A program made the position numbers and the translations under genes. Source: Desulfosudaceae bacterium (GTDB lineage: Bacteria; Desulfobacterota; Desulfobacteria; Desulfobacterales; Desulfosudaceae). Taken from it: a DNA stretch of 64,000 bases. The number at the start of each line of letters is the position of its first letter. The stretch's first letter is position 1. The stretch spans positions 32,001 through 96,000 of the forward strand of contig CAXXDV010000002.1 of assembly GCA_963674745.2 (NCBI GenBank), read 5' to 3'. This document shows positions 41,473 to 51,585 of this stretch, one piece after another. Below the pieces are notes generated by a model. That model made no database searches and was not told where the DNA came from. It was given only the letters and a program-made list of their open reading frames with translations.

Positions 41473-42165
41473 TTACTGGGCGGTTGAGTTGATCTCAACG
41501 GCCTGGTTCAACAGGTTGTCGGTTTCAATCCTGACCTTTCCCATGGGAAGGGTTCTCAGCATTTCCTGAACCAGCCATGCGATTCTGTCCGACCGGGATG
41601 ATGATGAATGGGCCATGACATTGATCAGGGCGTTAAAGGGATCCATCTGCCATTGCCGGTGGGCCGTCCGCCACTGTTCACTGCGCCAGAGCAACTCGCC
41701 GCTTTTACAGTCGATCAGCTTGAGCGAGCAGGAAACCACCACGGCGTCAAAGGTGACCTTGTGGATCGAGGCCGCCTGGTCCACCTGCCCCAGCAGAACG
41801 GCGTCGGTGTTGAGTATGTCGCCCAGCCTTTTTAAGCTGATTCCCTGAAGCTGTCCCGGTGTCTGGACACCGAGGTCCTTCATGACCTTTTTGACTTTTC
41901 CGACCGATACCCGCCGGTATCCTTTCGCTTGAAGCTGCTCGTAGGCAGCATTGTAGAGGACCTCTTCCAGTTCCGGTTCAAGGGAAAAATTATCCATGGG
42001 CAGGACCGCCACCACGCCGGGCTTGAACTGGTCAAACCGGGGGTTGACTTCCCAGAATTCCTGGTCCTGTTTTGAAGCGGCGCTTAAGTCCGTCAGGCCG
42101 GACACCAAAAGTGCGCCAAGAATGATAACCGTATACAGGGCAGATGCTTTTAGGGATTTAAACAT
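41473..42165 (-). CDS. DUF799/GNA1162 (PelC-like fold) exported protein
   Basis: Signal, PGVVAVLPMDN, LQAKGY, DAVLLGQV, LIDCKSGELLW. Confidence 0.7.
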   Translation of the reverse strand: MFKSLKASALYTVIILGALLVSGLTDLSAASKQDQEFWEVNPRFDQFKPGVVAVLPMDNFSLEPELEEVLYNAAYEQLQAKGYRRVSVGKVKKVMKDLGVQTPGQLQGISLKRLGDILNTDAVLLGQVDQAASIHKVTFDAVVVSCSLKLIDCKSGELLWRSEQWRTAHRQWQMDPFNALINVMAHSSSSRSDRIAWLVQEMLRTLPMGKVRIETDNLLNQAVEINSTAQ

Positions 42166-42173
42166 AATTCTAC

Positions 42174-42929
42174 CTACCTGAGCCTGACACCGCTTGCCCC
42201 CGGCCGGGTACGTGCGCCGGAAGAAGCGCCGGTGGTGCCGTTAAACGTAGAAATCAGGGAGACCAAGGCCTTGCCGATGGCATTGTCCAGCGCTTCATCG
42301 CCGGCACTGCTGTCCCAGGAACCGACCTGCCCGCCGGACAGGCCGCCTTCAAAGGTCTGCCTGACGGTATGTTCGCCCCGTCCGGTGGCCATGTATTCCC
42401 CGGTCTGGGCGTTCTGCAGCAGAAGATCGACCCTGACCGTGGTGTCAATGGTTCTGGCCTTGGAGGTGGAGCTGACCTGCGAATGGGTGTGGACGTTAAA
42501 CCGGGAAATCGAGCCGGAAATAAAATATTCGCACAGCAGGATGCGCCTGGCCTTCTGCATGTTTTCCGGACTTTTGACGATATCCGCCTGGCTCAAGGTG
42601 TCCCAGTCAAAGAGCCGTTTCATTTCTTCCCATTCCACCACCCGAAAGTAACCGGCCCGAAGCAGGTGGGTGGCCAGAAATTGGCCGGAGGTGTCCCACA
42701 GCCGGTCGGCTGAGTAGGTACTTTTGTTTTCAAACCCGGCAATGGCCACCAGTTCTTTTTTCGCCGGCGGCGGCGGCAGACGGGTCCAGTCCACCGGGTT
42801 CCCCTCGGGGCCGATGGGCGCTGCCGGCCTTGTGTATTTGGCGTTCTGGGCGCAGGCGGTCAATCCGACCAGCAACAGGCAAGCTAACAGCAACTTGAAC
42901 GTGTTGGTGTAAATCCCCTTTGTGTTCAT
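42174..42929 (-). CDS. CsgG/HfaB-family lipoprotein
   Basis: Lipobox LTAC, VAIAGFEN, GYFRVVE, YFISGSISRF, VRVDLLLQNAQTGE. Confidence 0.75.
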   Translation of the reverse strand: MNTKGIYTNTFKLLLACLLLVGLTACAQNAKYTRPAAPIGPEGNPVDWTRLPPPPAKKELVAIAGFENKSTYSADRLWDTSGQFLATHLLRAGYFRVVEWEEMKRLFDWDTLSQADIVKSPENMQKARRILLCEYFISGSISRFNVHTHSQVSSTSKARTIDTTVRVDLLLQNAQTGEYMATGRGEHTVRQTFEGGLSGGQVGSWDSSAGDEALDNAIGKALVSLISTFNGTTGASSGARTRPGASGVRLR

Positions 42930-42955
42930 AAAAAATCCTTCAATCTTTATTATGG

Positions 42956-45022
42956 TTAATTTATTTTGATCAACGGCAGGTCGGTCCCCTGCATGCGAAA
43001 ATAGGGGTGCTGCTGGCCGTTGGTCAGCCGCGGGACCTGTCGGGCCACAAACTGAAACACCTCATTTAAAGAGACATAAGCATCTTTGTCATAATCGGCC
43101 TCCCCCCGCATGGCGGAAACCAGCGCGTAAGTAAAGGCGCCGTGACCGGTGGAACCGGGATCCAGCTTGAATTCATTGGATTCCAGGGACGCTTCACCAG
43201 CCTTGGAGGCGGACAGGATGTACGTACCGCTGGCTGCGTTGATGGTGTTGGCCAGGTCTTCGCCGCTGCCCGCTCCGCGCATGCCTACTTTCAACGCACC
43301 GGAATGACAGGTATCCATGGCGACGATGATCTTATCTACGTTTTTGGAAAGGATTTTGACCGATTCTTCAAAATCAGACATGCGCAGGCCCGTGGACAGA
43401 AGGTTGTCGAAATCGGCATCCGAGGGCATGAAATAGTACGAACCGGACTGGCGATGCTGGGTGCCGTGGCCGGCCACAAAAATAAAGATGACATCATTGG
43501 GTGCCGCCTGCCCCAGGTGGTGGGTAATGGCTTCGATGATACTGTTGCGGGTGACATCCCTGTTGACCAGGGTTTTAAAATGGACTTCGGAAAAGGACTT
43601 GCCCACCTGGGTCTTGAAGAACTTTTCAAGTTTCAAGGCATCCTGATCAGCGTATTTCAGGTTGATGGAAGAACTGCTGTAATTGGAAACCCCGATGGCC
43701 AGGCCCCATAAAACCGGCTTGCCGGCCGGGCCGGCAGGTTTGGCTGCCGAAGAAAGCGACCAGCCGCCGTTTCCCCGGGCGATTCGGAGGGACTTTCTGT
43801 TGATGTTGCCGTGGACATCGGCCGCTTCAATGGAGATGTTGCTGGTTGAATCATCCAGGGCCAGGTTATGCGTAAAATGGCCGCTCGCCGAAAGCTTAAT
43901 ATCCTGGTCGTTCACGCGGACAAACAGGATATCACTGGTGTCCTTGACGATTCCTTCGATCATGGTGTTTTTTTCTTTGGCCGGCAGGGATACTTCAAAG
44001 CCCCTGGTCACATCCGGGCGGAGCAGCACCAGTTCAGGTGCCTCTTTGTCCTGTTGCCGGTCCAGTGATAAATTTTTGGAAGCCATTTTGCCGGCGGTGT
44101 TGATCGCCATGATCAAGATATGATCCTGGTTTTTCCCCAGGTTGAGCCGATGCATAAACTTGCCTTCCGAGTCGTGAGCCACTTTTTCACCGTTGATCCG
44201 TACCTCGCTGATACCGGCCGGATCAATGGCCATACCTTCGATGTTCAGTTCCTTTTTGGTCATCACTGGAATAAAACCCCGCGTGGCCGGCGGGTTTAAG
44301 ATAACGATTTCAGGCCCTTCTGAAGCAGGGGGGGCGGGCTTGGCCTGAGGCTGCACAGGTGCCTGGGCAACCGTCATCGGCGCGGCAGGCGTTGCCGGTG
44401 CCGTCGCGGCGACCGGAGCCGGTTTTGCGGTCAATGAGGCCTTGTAGCCGGACAATTCTTCGGCCCTTTTCGCCGGGAGTTGGTTCGGCAGCTTGCCGGC
44501 TATGAGGCGTGTCATTTCGTCCGACATTTTTCGGAAGGTGGACGCGGACGCCTCGCCTTCGGAGCGGCCGGAACTGGAAAACGAAACACTGCCCAGGTCA
44601 ATGGTGCCGCCGTCGGAGGTCCTGACGATCCGCCAGGCCACGGACGTCACTGCCTTGCTCATGGTCATGTTCAGCACCTCCTGCTGGCTGACCCGGGTGG
44701 CGGCCTTGGCGCTGACAATATAAGCGGCGCTATTAAAACCCGCTGCCTTGCGAAGCTCGGGCAGACTGCCCGAACGGGCGATATCCACATCTTCTCTGCT
44801 AAAGCCGTTTCGGGCGGAAAAATCATCCGAGGTCATGACCTCGTATTTTTTATTCAGCAGGCCCCTGGCAATCATCATTTCCGTTTCTTTAATCAGGGCG
44901 GCGCTGTCTGCCCCTCCCTGTTCCTGGACAACATTGATCAGCACCTTGGTGGTTGCGGCCGGGGCACTTGCGGCGGAAACACCAAGCAGTAAGAGTGTAA
45001 TAAAAACAACATATTTTTTCAT
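42956..45022 (-). CDS. Exported caspase-family (peptidase C14) protein with N-terminal CsgG/FlgT-like domain and two Ig-like domains
   Basis: Signal peptide, LAIGVSNY, LKYADQDA, catalytic FVAGHG and MDTCHSG, HGAFTYAL, QQHP. Confidence 0.88.
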   Translation of the reverse strand: MKKYVVFITLLLLGVSAASAPAATTKVLINVVQEQGGADSAALIKETEMMIARGLLNKKYEVMTSDDFSARNGFSREDVDIARSGSLPELRKAAGFNSAAYIVSAKAATRVSQQEVLNMTMSKAVTSVAWRIVRTSDGGTIDLGSVSFSSSGRSEGEASASTFRKMSDEMTRLIAGKLPNQLPAKRAEELSGYKASLTAKPAPVAATAPATPAAPMTVAQAPVQPQAKPAPPASEGPEIVILNPPATRGFIPVMTKKELNIEGMAIDPAGISEVRINGEKVAHDSEGKFMHRLNLGKNQDHILIMAINTAGKMASKNLSLDRQQDKEAPELVLLRPDVTRGFEVSLPAKEKNTMIEGIVKDTSDILFVRVNDQDIKLSASGHFTHNLALDDSTSNISIEAADVHGNINRKSLRIARGNGGWSLSSAAKPAGPAGKPVLWGLAIGVSNYSSSSINLKYADQDALKLEKFFKTQVGKSFSEVHFKTLVNRDVTRNSIIEAITHHLGQAAPNDVIFIFVAGHGTQHRQSGSYYFMPSDADFDNLLSTGLRMSDFEESVKILSKNVDKIIVAMDTCHSGALKVGMRGAGSGEDLANTINAASGTYILSASKAGEASLESNEFKLDPGSTGHGAFTYALVSAMRGEADYDKDAYVSLNEVFQFVARQVPRLTNGQQHPYFRMQGTDLPLIKIN

Positions 45023-45091
45023 CTGGTACCTCCTTGGCTGCTCCGGATCGGGGTTGAGAAAACGACCGGGACAGTATATGGCCGATTTTGT

Positions 45092-46819
45092 TTAGTAAAT
45101 AGAGTAGGTTATTGATTTATTGGTAATGCCTTCTTCCTGCAGGGCGTCAATTTTTTTAGCGACTGAAGATATTCTAAAAGAATCTTTGGTATTCAGCAAT
45201 AAAAAAGGGTTGTTTTCGTTAAATGAGGACCCCAACAGATCAAAAGGTTTGTCCGAGACCAGGGCGACAACGGTGTCCGTACCGGCCGGGCCGGTCACAT
45301 TTAGGTCAAAGCCCATGTTTTCACTGGGTATTTCGTATTTCCGGCCGGGCTGGATAAACTGGCTGGACTGATAATAGTTGGGAAACACCTGGATCAGTTC
45401 CTGTCCGGTGGTATACGTAAGAATCAAAGCATAACAGGGCTTTTCGGTTTCAAAAGCAAAACGCATGGGCTGGCCGATACGATAACTGGCGGCGTCCGTC
45501 CAGATATTAAACATATCTGCCGCTTTCCCGTTGCCGACGGCCAGAAGCCGGTCAACCAGACCTTCCGATGTATCGGGTCGGGCGGATATCGCGGGGGGCG
45601 GGCTACCCGGAACAGCCGCGGGAGCAACAACATCGGGCAAAGCCGTTGGGGTGGCAGGCGGTGCTTCCGGCGAGGTAACCGTTGCCGTGGTTGGGGCCTG
45701 TCCGGTCGGTTTTTTGGATGATTTACCCGGCAGCAATATCACCACCAGAAAAAGCACCACCACCAGGCCGATGCCCAGGGCGAGTCTTTTTTTGTTGGCC
45801 TCTATGAAAGCCATGGCTTTGGACGGCTTTTCGGGCTTCGGCTCTATGACCGTAGCGGTCGATGTCTGGCCGGCCGGGGCCGCCCCCGGAAAAGTAACGT
45901 CGCCGATCATGGTGGCGTCATCATCTACCGGTTCCGGGGCGTTGACGATGGTGGCATCATCGACCATATCAACGACGGTTGCTTTACCGCTTTGATAGTC
46001 ACGGAGGCTTTTGAGCAGTTCCCCTCCGTCGGCAAAACGGTTGTCCGGTATTTTTTCCAGCAGGCGCATGATAATCCCGGCCAGGGGGCCGGGAATATCG
46101 GCCACAAAGGTTTCCGGTCTGGCGGGAATTTCGTGGGCCTGGGCATAATAGATGGCGGTGGTGTCTTTGCCGTGAAAGGGGTGCTTACCGGCGATCATTT
46201 CATAAAACACCAGGCCGAGGCTGTAAAGATCACTCCGGGCATCAACCGGTTCCCCCTTGATCTGTTCCGGACTCATATACCGGGGTGAGCCGAGAATGGT
46301 ATTGGGTGCGGTCAGGTCACTGTCACCGATTTCCTTGGAAATACCGAAATCCGCAATGATCACCCGGCCCTGATGGTCGAGCATGATGTTGGACGGTTTG
46401 ATATCACGATGATAGACGTTGTGTTGGTGCGCATAATGAAGGGCCTCGGCAATTTTAATCATCAGTTCCACGGCTTCGGAAATTTCAAAAGGGCCATCCC
46501 GTTTAATCCGTTGCTGAAAGGTCTCGCCGTCAATAAAGGGCATGATAATGTAATCAAAATCGTCATTGCTGCCGAAATCGTAGATATCGATAATACCCGG
46601 GTGATCGAGGCTGGCGGCCAGCTTGGCTTCACGATAGAAGCGCTGCTTGAACTCGTCGTTTTTGACCAGTTCCCGGTGGACAATTTTGATGGCCACTTTT
46701 TTCCCTAGTGCTTTGTGAATACCCAGGAATATCTTGCCCATACCCCCGGCCTGCATCAAATCCTTGATCTCATATTTGTCGCCCAGCGCATTGGTGATCA
46801 GGGTCTGGCTTTCGTCCAT
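45092..46819 (-). CDS. Hanks-type Ser/Thr kinase with TM helix and C-terminal DUF4384-like domain
   Basis: GGMGKIF, VAIK, HRDIKPSN, DFG, YMSPEQ, DLYSLG; TM; YRIGQPMRF...QVFPN...TGPAGTDTV. Confidence 0.93.
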   Translation of the reverse strand: MDESQTLITNALGDKYEIKDLMQAGGMGKIFLGIHKALGKKVAIKIVHRELVKNDEFKQRFYREAKLAASLDHPGIIDIYDFGSNDDFDYIIMPFIDGETFQQRIKRDGPFEISEAVELMIKIAEALHYAHQHNVYHRDIKPSNIMLDHQGRVIIADFGISKEIGDSDLTAPNTILGSPRYMSPEQIKGEPVDARSDLYSLGLVFYEMIAGKHPFHGKDTTAIYYAQAHEIPARPETFVADIPGPLAGIIMRLLEKIPDNRFADGGELLKSLRDYQSGKATVVDMVDDATIVNAPEPVDDDATMIGDVTFPGAAPAGQTSTATVIEPKPEKPSKAMAFIEANKKRLALGIGLVVVLFLVVILLPGKSSKKPTGQAPTTATVTSPEAPPATPTALPDVVAPAAVPGSPPPAISARPDTSEGLVDRLLAVGNGKAADMFNIWTDAASYRIGQPMRFAFETEKPCYALILTYTTGQELIQVFPNYYQSSQFIQPGRKYEIPSENMGFDLNVTGPAGTDTVVALVSDKPFDLLGSSFNENNPFLLLNTKDSFRISSVAKKIDALQEEGITNKSITYSIY

Positions 46820-46836
46820 GGTTTTCCTCTTATCTG

Positions 46837-48339
46837 TTACTGCAGTTTTTGCGACGCCTGCTGATAATATTTGTTGTCCTTAAGGGGCATGATTTTTAAA
46901 ACGGCGCGGAATTTTTCAGCGGCCTTTTGTTGCTGCCCGAGGCCTTCATAGACCAGGCCTTCCTGGTATACCCGCCTGGCCTCGGCTTCTACTTTTTCCA
47001 GGGCCTCGGTCATCATGCGTTGCGTATCCTTGTAATCCGGTGACACCTCGATTACTTTTTGAAGAGCGACCAGGGCGCGGGCCATATCTCCGGATTTATA
47101 TATTTTGGCCGCTTTGTCATAGTCGTCTTTTATGTCCGTCTCCATGATCTGCCGCAGATGTTCGATGGCATAACGGGTATGGGCGGTTTCCGGGCACTCG
47201 ATTTTCAAGGCAAGGAGAGCTTCCCACTCGATCAGGGCCTCCCGGTATTTGCTTTGATCATAATATTGCTGTCCCCGTTCAAAATGCTGCTTTACGAGCG
47301 CCATTTTTTCCTGTTTTTCCTGCGCTCGCTGTTCTCTGGTTTTCTCCCGGTCGGCAATGGCGTTTTCAATGTCCGTGCTGAGCTTGGCGACATCCGGGTT
47401 GTCCGGTGCCAGAAAAACCCCTTCAGCGATGATGTCCCGGGCTTTGAGCAGGTCGTCTCCGGCCATGGCCTGTCTGGCCCGGGCGGTGATGTTGCTCACC
47501 CGCTCCATCCGCTGTTTCTCTTCTTCCTGGGCCCGGCGGCGTTCCTCTTCAGCGTCGACCATTTTCAGCCGGGCTTCTTCAAGATAAGAGCGGGCCGTTT
47601 CGTTCTGCGGGTCGATCTCGAGGACCGCCTGAAAACGGACCAGCGCCTGGCTGTAGTTACCGGATTCCAGTTGCGCCCGACCGCTGTGCAGGTAGGAATC
47701 AATCCTGCCCTGAGTCTCCAGGTCCTGAACCGTGTCCGTCTTTTCCTGCTCAGCTGTGACGGAAGTTTTTTCGTCATCAGGTCCGGTTTTTTCCGGGGAC
47801 GGCAATATGATGAGCAGCAGGATAAACAATACCACTACGCCCCCCAGGCCGCAGGCGAGCTTGTGTGATTTTACAAATGATGTGATCTTATCAACCGTAC
47901 TGTCACCACCGGCATCCATAACGGTGGACATGGGCCGGACAACCGTTCGGTCGTCGTCGTCTGTGTCGGTGATGACCACTGTCCGGTCGTCATCCTCGAT
48001 GGCGACCGGTTGTTCGGCGGAAACCGGTTTCCATTCGACTTCTATCCGGTAGTCACCGATCTGCAGAACATCACCGTCTTTCAGTTTTTCATTGGTCACC
48101 TTGACGCCGTTGACAACGGTACCGTTCTGGCTGCCTAAATCCTCGATATACCAGTGTTCATCCTGAAAATAGAGCCGGCAATGCTTTTTCGAGGTTCTTC
48201 GACTGGCCAGGACCAGGTCGCATTGATCGTTACGACCGATAATGGTTTCACCTATCGGCGGGTATTGCTGTTCAAAAAAAGATTCAGCGGTTTCGAAAAT
48301 TTTTAATTTCAGCAGGGATTTATTTGTTTCCAAGCTCAT
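46837..48339 (-). CDS. FHA - TM - TPR protein
   Basis: IIGRNDQCD, SKKHC, DLGSQNGT; TM; TPR repeats. Confidence 0.88.
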   Translation of the reverse strand: MSLETNKSLLKLKIFETAESFFEQQYPPIGETIIGRNDQCDLVLASRRTSKKHCRLYFQDEHWYIEDLGSQNGTVVNGVKVTNEKLKDGDVLQIGDYRIEVEWKPVSAEQPVAIEDDDRTVVITDTDDDDRTVVRPMSTVMDAGGDSTVDKITSFVKSHKLACGLGGVVVLFILLLIILPSPEKTGPDDEKTSVTAEQEKTDTVQDLETQGRIDSYLHSGRAQLESGNYSQALVRFQAVLEIDPQNETARSYLEEARLKMVDAEEERRRAQEEEKQRMERVSNITARARQAMAGDDLLKARDIIAEGVFLAPDNPDVAKLSTDIENAIADREKTREQRAQEKQEKMALVKQHFERGQQYYDQSKYREALIEWEALLALKIECPETAHTRYAIEHLRQIMETDIKDDYDKAAKIYKSGDMARALVALQKVIEVSPDYKDTQRMMTEALEKVEAEARRVYQEGLVYEGLGQQQKAAEKFRAVLKIMPLKDNKYYQQASQKLQ

Positions 48340-49219
48340 CTAAATACCTCAACGCGTTTATGTATTGATCACTGTTTTTATCCCTGGAAAGCTCGATTAC
48401 CAATTTAAATTCATAGGTCGCCTGATCGTAGCGCATGTAGCGGTAATGAACCATGGCGTTCTGATAATGTTCTTTAACGGTTCCCGCCAATTCTTTTTCG
48501 GCTTTCAAAAACCAGAGCCTGGCGTCGGCGTGATCCGGGTTAAGGCTCAAGGCGCGTTCCCATTCGTCGACGGCCCTTAACATATTGCCGGTATCATAAA
48601 AAAACAGGCCCTGGCGGAAGTGTTCATCAGCGATCTGTTTGTCCTTTTCGGATATGTTCAATCCGGAAATGTCCGGCAGGGAAGACGGCCTGTCGGCAAC
48701 AGGAGCGCTTGACGTCAAGTCGGAATATCCCGGCTGAGACGGCCTGGTGAGGGACGCGGGTTGTTGACCGGCGTCTTTGTCTTTGGAAAACATGACGACC
48801 AGTATCGACAGGCAGAGGCATATCAACCCGGCCAGCAAGCCCAGCTTAATGACGGTGCCGGACGATGAGGCTGTGTCCCCGCCGGCCGGTGCTTTGAGGA
48901 CGAAAACAGTTCCCCCGACCTGGAATTTGTCTTTGGGTTTTAAAACGGTTTTGGAAACCGGCTTCCCTTTCATCTGGGCCGGATTGGTCTGGCTCAGGTT
49001 TTCCAGGCTGACATTGCTGGTCCCGGGTTTGGTCTTAATCAGGACGTGTTTGCGGGAAACCATTTTATCCGAGGGGTCGATACGGATACTACATTCATCG
49101 GATCTCCCGATGAGATATTCCCGGTTCGTTTCCAGGTCAAATGATTTGCCCGTGTCCGGCCCCTTGACAACCAGCAGGCTGATCGGGCCGGCAGGGGCTG
49201 ATCCGGATTTTTCGGTCAT
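48320..49219 (-). CDS. FHA - TM - TPR protein
   Basis: LIGRSDEC, VSRKH, SQTN; TM; TPR (ADEHFRQGL...LNPDH). Confidence 0.85.
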   Translation of the reverse strand: MTEKSGSAPAGPISLLVVKGPDTGKSFDLETNREYLIGRSDECSIRIDPSDKMVSRKHVLIKTKPGTSNVSLENLSQTNPAQMKGKPVSKTVLKPKDKFQVGGTVFVLKAPAGGDTASSSGTVIKLGLLAGLICLCLSILVVMFSKDKDAGQQPASLTRPSQPGYSDLTSSAPVADRPSSLPDISGLNISEKDKQIADEHFRQGLFFYDTGNMLRAVDEWERALSLNPDHADARLWFLKAEKELAGTVKEHYQNAMVHYRYMRYDQATYEFKLVIELSRDKNSDQYINALRYLDELGNK

Positions 49220-50670
49220 GATCCTGCTTCCTCAAAAACAATTAATACAGTTGGTTTATCCGTGTTCTGAATGGTTCCGGAGACCCGGTAGGCTTTTCCG
49301 CCGGTCTCTGTTTCGATTGCCTGACCGTTCGGGTTTTCAATAATCTGTGTCACGATGACAATGATATCGCCGTCAAAAGCTTCAATGATATGCATGCCTG
49401 TGCTGCATGCTTTTAATCCCAGGTCCCGGGCGAAGGTATCCGAAAAACCGGCCAGGGTGTAGTTCTCCGGATCAACCAGGCACCATGGCCCGTCAATGGC
49501 GGCTTCCGGTTCGGTAATCACCGGAGGTGATTCTTTTTGTTCATCAGGCGGGAGCGGCGGCGGCATTTTATGGTCCGGCAGTTCAACGTCAGGTTCAGCC
49601 GGCACCGTCCTGCCCGCATCGGGCGGACTCGTGTCGGGTGCCCTCCGGAGCAGCAGGCGATTAACGATGCGTTTCAGATTGTCAAGTTCCGCATAAGGCG
49701 CGGAAAAATCGATGTGGTCCCGGCCTTCCTTGATGGCGATCTCGATGTCTTCATAAAGCTGCCTGAGCGGGGTGAGAAAGTTCTTTGTCAGCACGTAGGA
49801 TATCAAAACGGCCAACACGAAAAGTATCAGCAGCAGGAAAATAGTGCCGCCGCCGAGACCGGACCCGGGCGCGGGCATTCCGTCCAGGTCGGAAAAGCCG
49901 ATGATGGCCGCGCCCAGCACCTGGTTTCTGAACACCACCGGGCTGAAAATAAGGCGTTCACCACCGGGACCGGTGCCAACCATCGACCGGGCGTTTTTCA
50001 ATGCCTGGGGCAGACCGTCCCAGTTGAAAAAATCGCCCTGTTTTTCATGGGGGGCGATAATTTTTCCGTAACCGTCAACCACAAAGGCATATACCACACC
50101 GTCCTCTCCCCGGACCGGCGTTGTCCTGACCCAGGCATGCTCCCCGTTTTCCAGAAAGGTGCGATTGATTTCCGCCAGGTACCGGCTTAAAAGAACCCCT
50201 CTGTTTAAATGTGCCTGGTGAAAAATGTCACTGGCCTTACGTTTCAGGGGCCCATAAACCGTCAACAGGGTGAAAAGCATGGCCAGAACAATTAGGACCG
50301 AAAAGACGATTTTAATGTGCCGGTTGATCAGTGAATCAAGCGAAGCGGCCAGTACGGTTTTTGTTTCCCCTGTTTCCGACTCGGCTGCTGCTGTGCGAAT
50401 CGTAAATGGATTCAGCTCGAACTCAAAAGCGTTTTTAAACGTTTTTTCCGATATTTTTACTCCCCGGCAGAAGACGCCGTTGGCGCTGCCGTTATCCGCC
50501 ACCCGGAATGTGTTTTTTTCAATCGTCAGCGTGGCATGGCTTTTAGATACGGTTTTGCTGTCTAACACAATACCTGCCGATGAATCCCGGCCGATGGTGT
50601 AGGTGCCGTCGCCCAGCTCTCTGGTCTCTTTAACCCGACCGTTTTCCAGTATTTCGATAGTAACCGTCAT
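49216..50670 (-). CDS. FHA - TM - periplasmic (Cache-like) - TM - HAMP-like protein
   Basis: TIGRDSS, VSKSHA, DNGSANG; two TM helices; FLTPLRQL. Confidence 0.8.
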   Translation of the reverse strand: MTVTIEILENGRVKETRELGDGTYTIGRDSSAGIVLDSKTVSKSHATLTIEKNTFRVADNGSANGVFCRGVKISEKTFKNAFEFELNPFTIRTAAAESETGETKTVLAASLDSLINRHIKIVFSVLIVLAMLFTLLTVYGPLKRKASDIFHQAHLNRGVLLSRYLAEINRTFLENGEHAWVRTTPVRGEDGVVYAFVVDGYGKIIAPHEKQGDFFNWDGLPQALKNARSMVGTGPGGERLIFSPVVFRNQVLGAAIIGFSDLDGMPAPGSGLGGGTIFLLLILFVLAVLISYVLTKNFLTPLRQLYEDIEIAIKEGRDHIDFSAPYAELDNLKRIVNRLLLRRAPDTSPPDAGRTVPAEPDVELPDHKMPPPLPPDEQKESPPVITEPEAAIDGPWCLVDPENYTLAGFSDTFARDLGLKACSTGMHIIEAFDGDIIVIVTQIIENPNGQAIETETGGKAYRVSGTIQNTDKPTVLIVFEEAGS

Positions 50671-50696
50671 TTTTGTCCGGATTTAGATGGTTGTCA

Positions 50697-51572
50697 TTAT
50701 TTCATGATCATTTGAATCAGATACGGTCCGAAAATAACAATGAATATAACGGGAAAAATAAGCAACATCATGGGCACCAGAAGTTTTTGAGAAGCCTGGG
50801 CGCCCATCTTTTCCGCTTTCATAAACCGTTCCGAACGCATCCGTTCAGCCTGATACCGCAGTACGGAGGAGATACTCGAGCCCATCTTCTCCGCCTGGAT
50901 CAGGGTCGAGGTAAATGAATCCAGCTCCATCAGATCGACCCGCTTGGCCATTATTTTCAGGGCTTCATTTCTGGAACGGCCGAACTTGATGTTCTGGTCC
51001 ATGAGGTAAAGCTCGACCACAAAAGGGTCTTTGTCCTTGCGATAAATGTCACAGACTTTTTGTACCGCCATGTTGAATGCCAGGCCGGCCTCAACGGACA
51101 AAGAAAGGATGTCTACGACGTCCGGCATGCTCAGCCGAATTTTTTCCTGGCGTTCTTTCTTCTTGCCATAAAGCCAGAGGTACGGGTAGTTCAGCCCGGT
51201 CAGGGCAAAAATAAACAGGACGTAATGGCTGTCAAAAAGTACGATCCCCATGAAAAGAAACAGCAGCATGACCGATATCTGAAAGCCGATCATGTCGTCG
51301 GGGTCGACCTGCTCATCCATGCCGGCGGTGATGATATATTTTTTCATTTTTGCCTTATAGCTTGAAAGCGGCAATTTCCGGATGGCCGGGAGCAATATCT
51401 GGTAAAAAGGTTTAAACATAAGGATGAACCGGGATTCATCTTCGATGACAAATTCATCGTCATCGCGCATTGGGGCACCGGGCATGGTTCTGGGCAGCAT
51501 CTTGTAAATCAGAAAAAAAACGCCTGCGAAAAACAATAAAAAACCGAGCAGTTTGATTATGCCTGTATCCAT
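50697..51572 (-). CDS. tadC: Tad inner-membrane platform protein TadC
   Basis: MPDVVDILSLSVEAGLAF, GRSRNEAL, AEKMGSSI, KLLVPMMLLIFP. Confidence 0.9.
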   Translation of the reverse strand: MDTGIIKLLGFLLFFAGVFFLIYKMLPRTMPGAPMRDDDEFVIEDESRFILMFKPFYQILLPAIRKLPLSSYKAKMKKYIITAGMDEQVDPDDMIGFQISVMLLFLFMGIVLFDSHYVLFIFALTGLNYPYLWLYGKKKERQEKIRLSMPDVVDILSLSVEAGLAFNMAVQKVCDIYRKDKDPFVVELYLMDQNIKFGRSRNEALKIMAKRVDLMELDSFTSTLIQAEKMGSSISSVLRYQAERMRSERFMKAEKMGAQASQKLLVPMMLLIFPVIFIVIFGPYLIQMIMK

Positions 51573-51585
51573 ATCTGTCCTTATT

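Noticed and set aside
42174..42929. Curli biogenesis operon
   Set aside because: No curlin-repeat subunits or CsgE/F recognisable
45092..50670. Type VI secretion system (FHA + kinase + PP2C)
   Set aside because: No recognisable TssB/C, Hcp, VgrG, ClpV or TssJLM in the window; the adjacent structural genes are Tad
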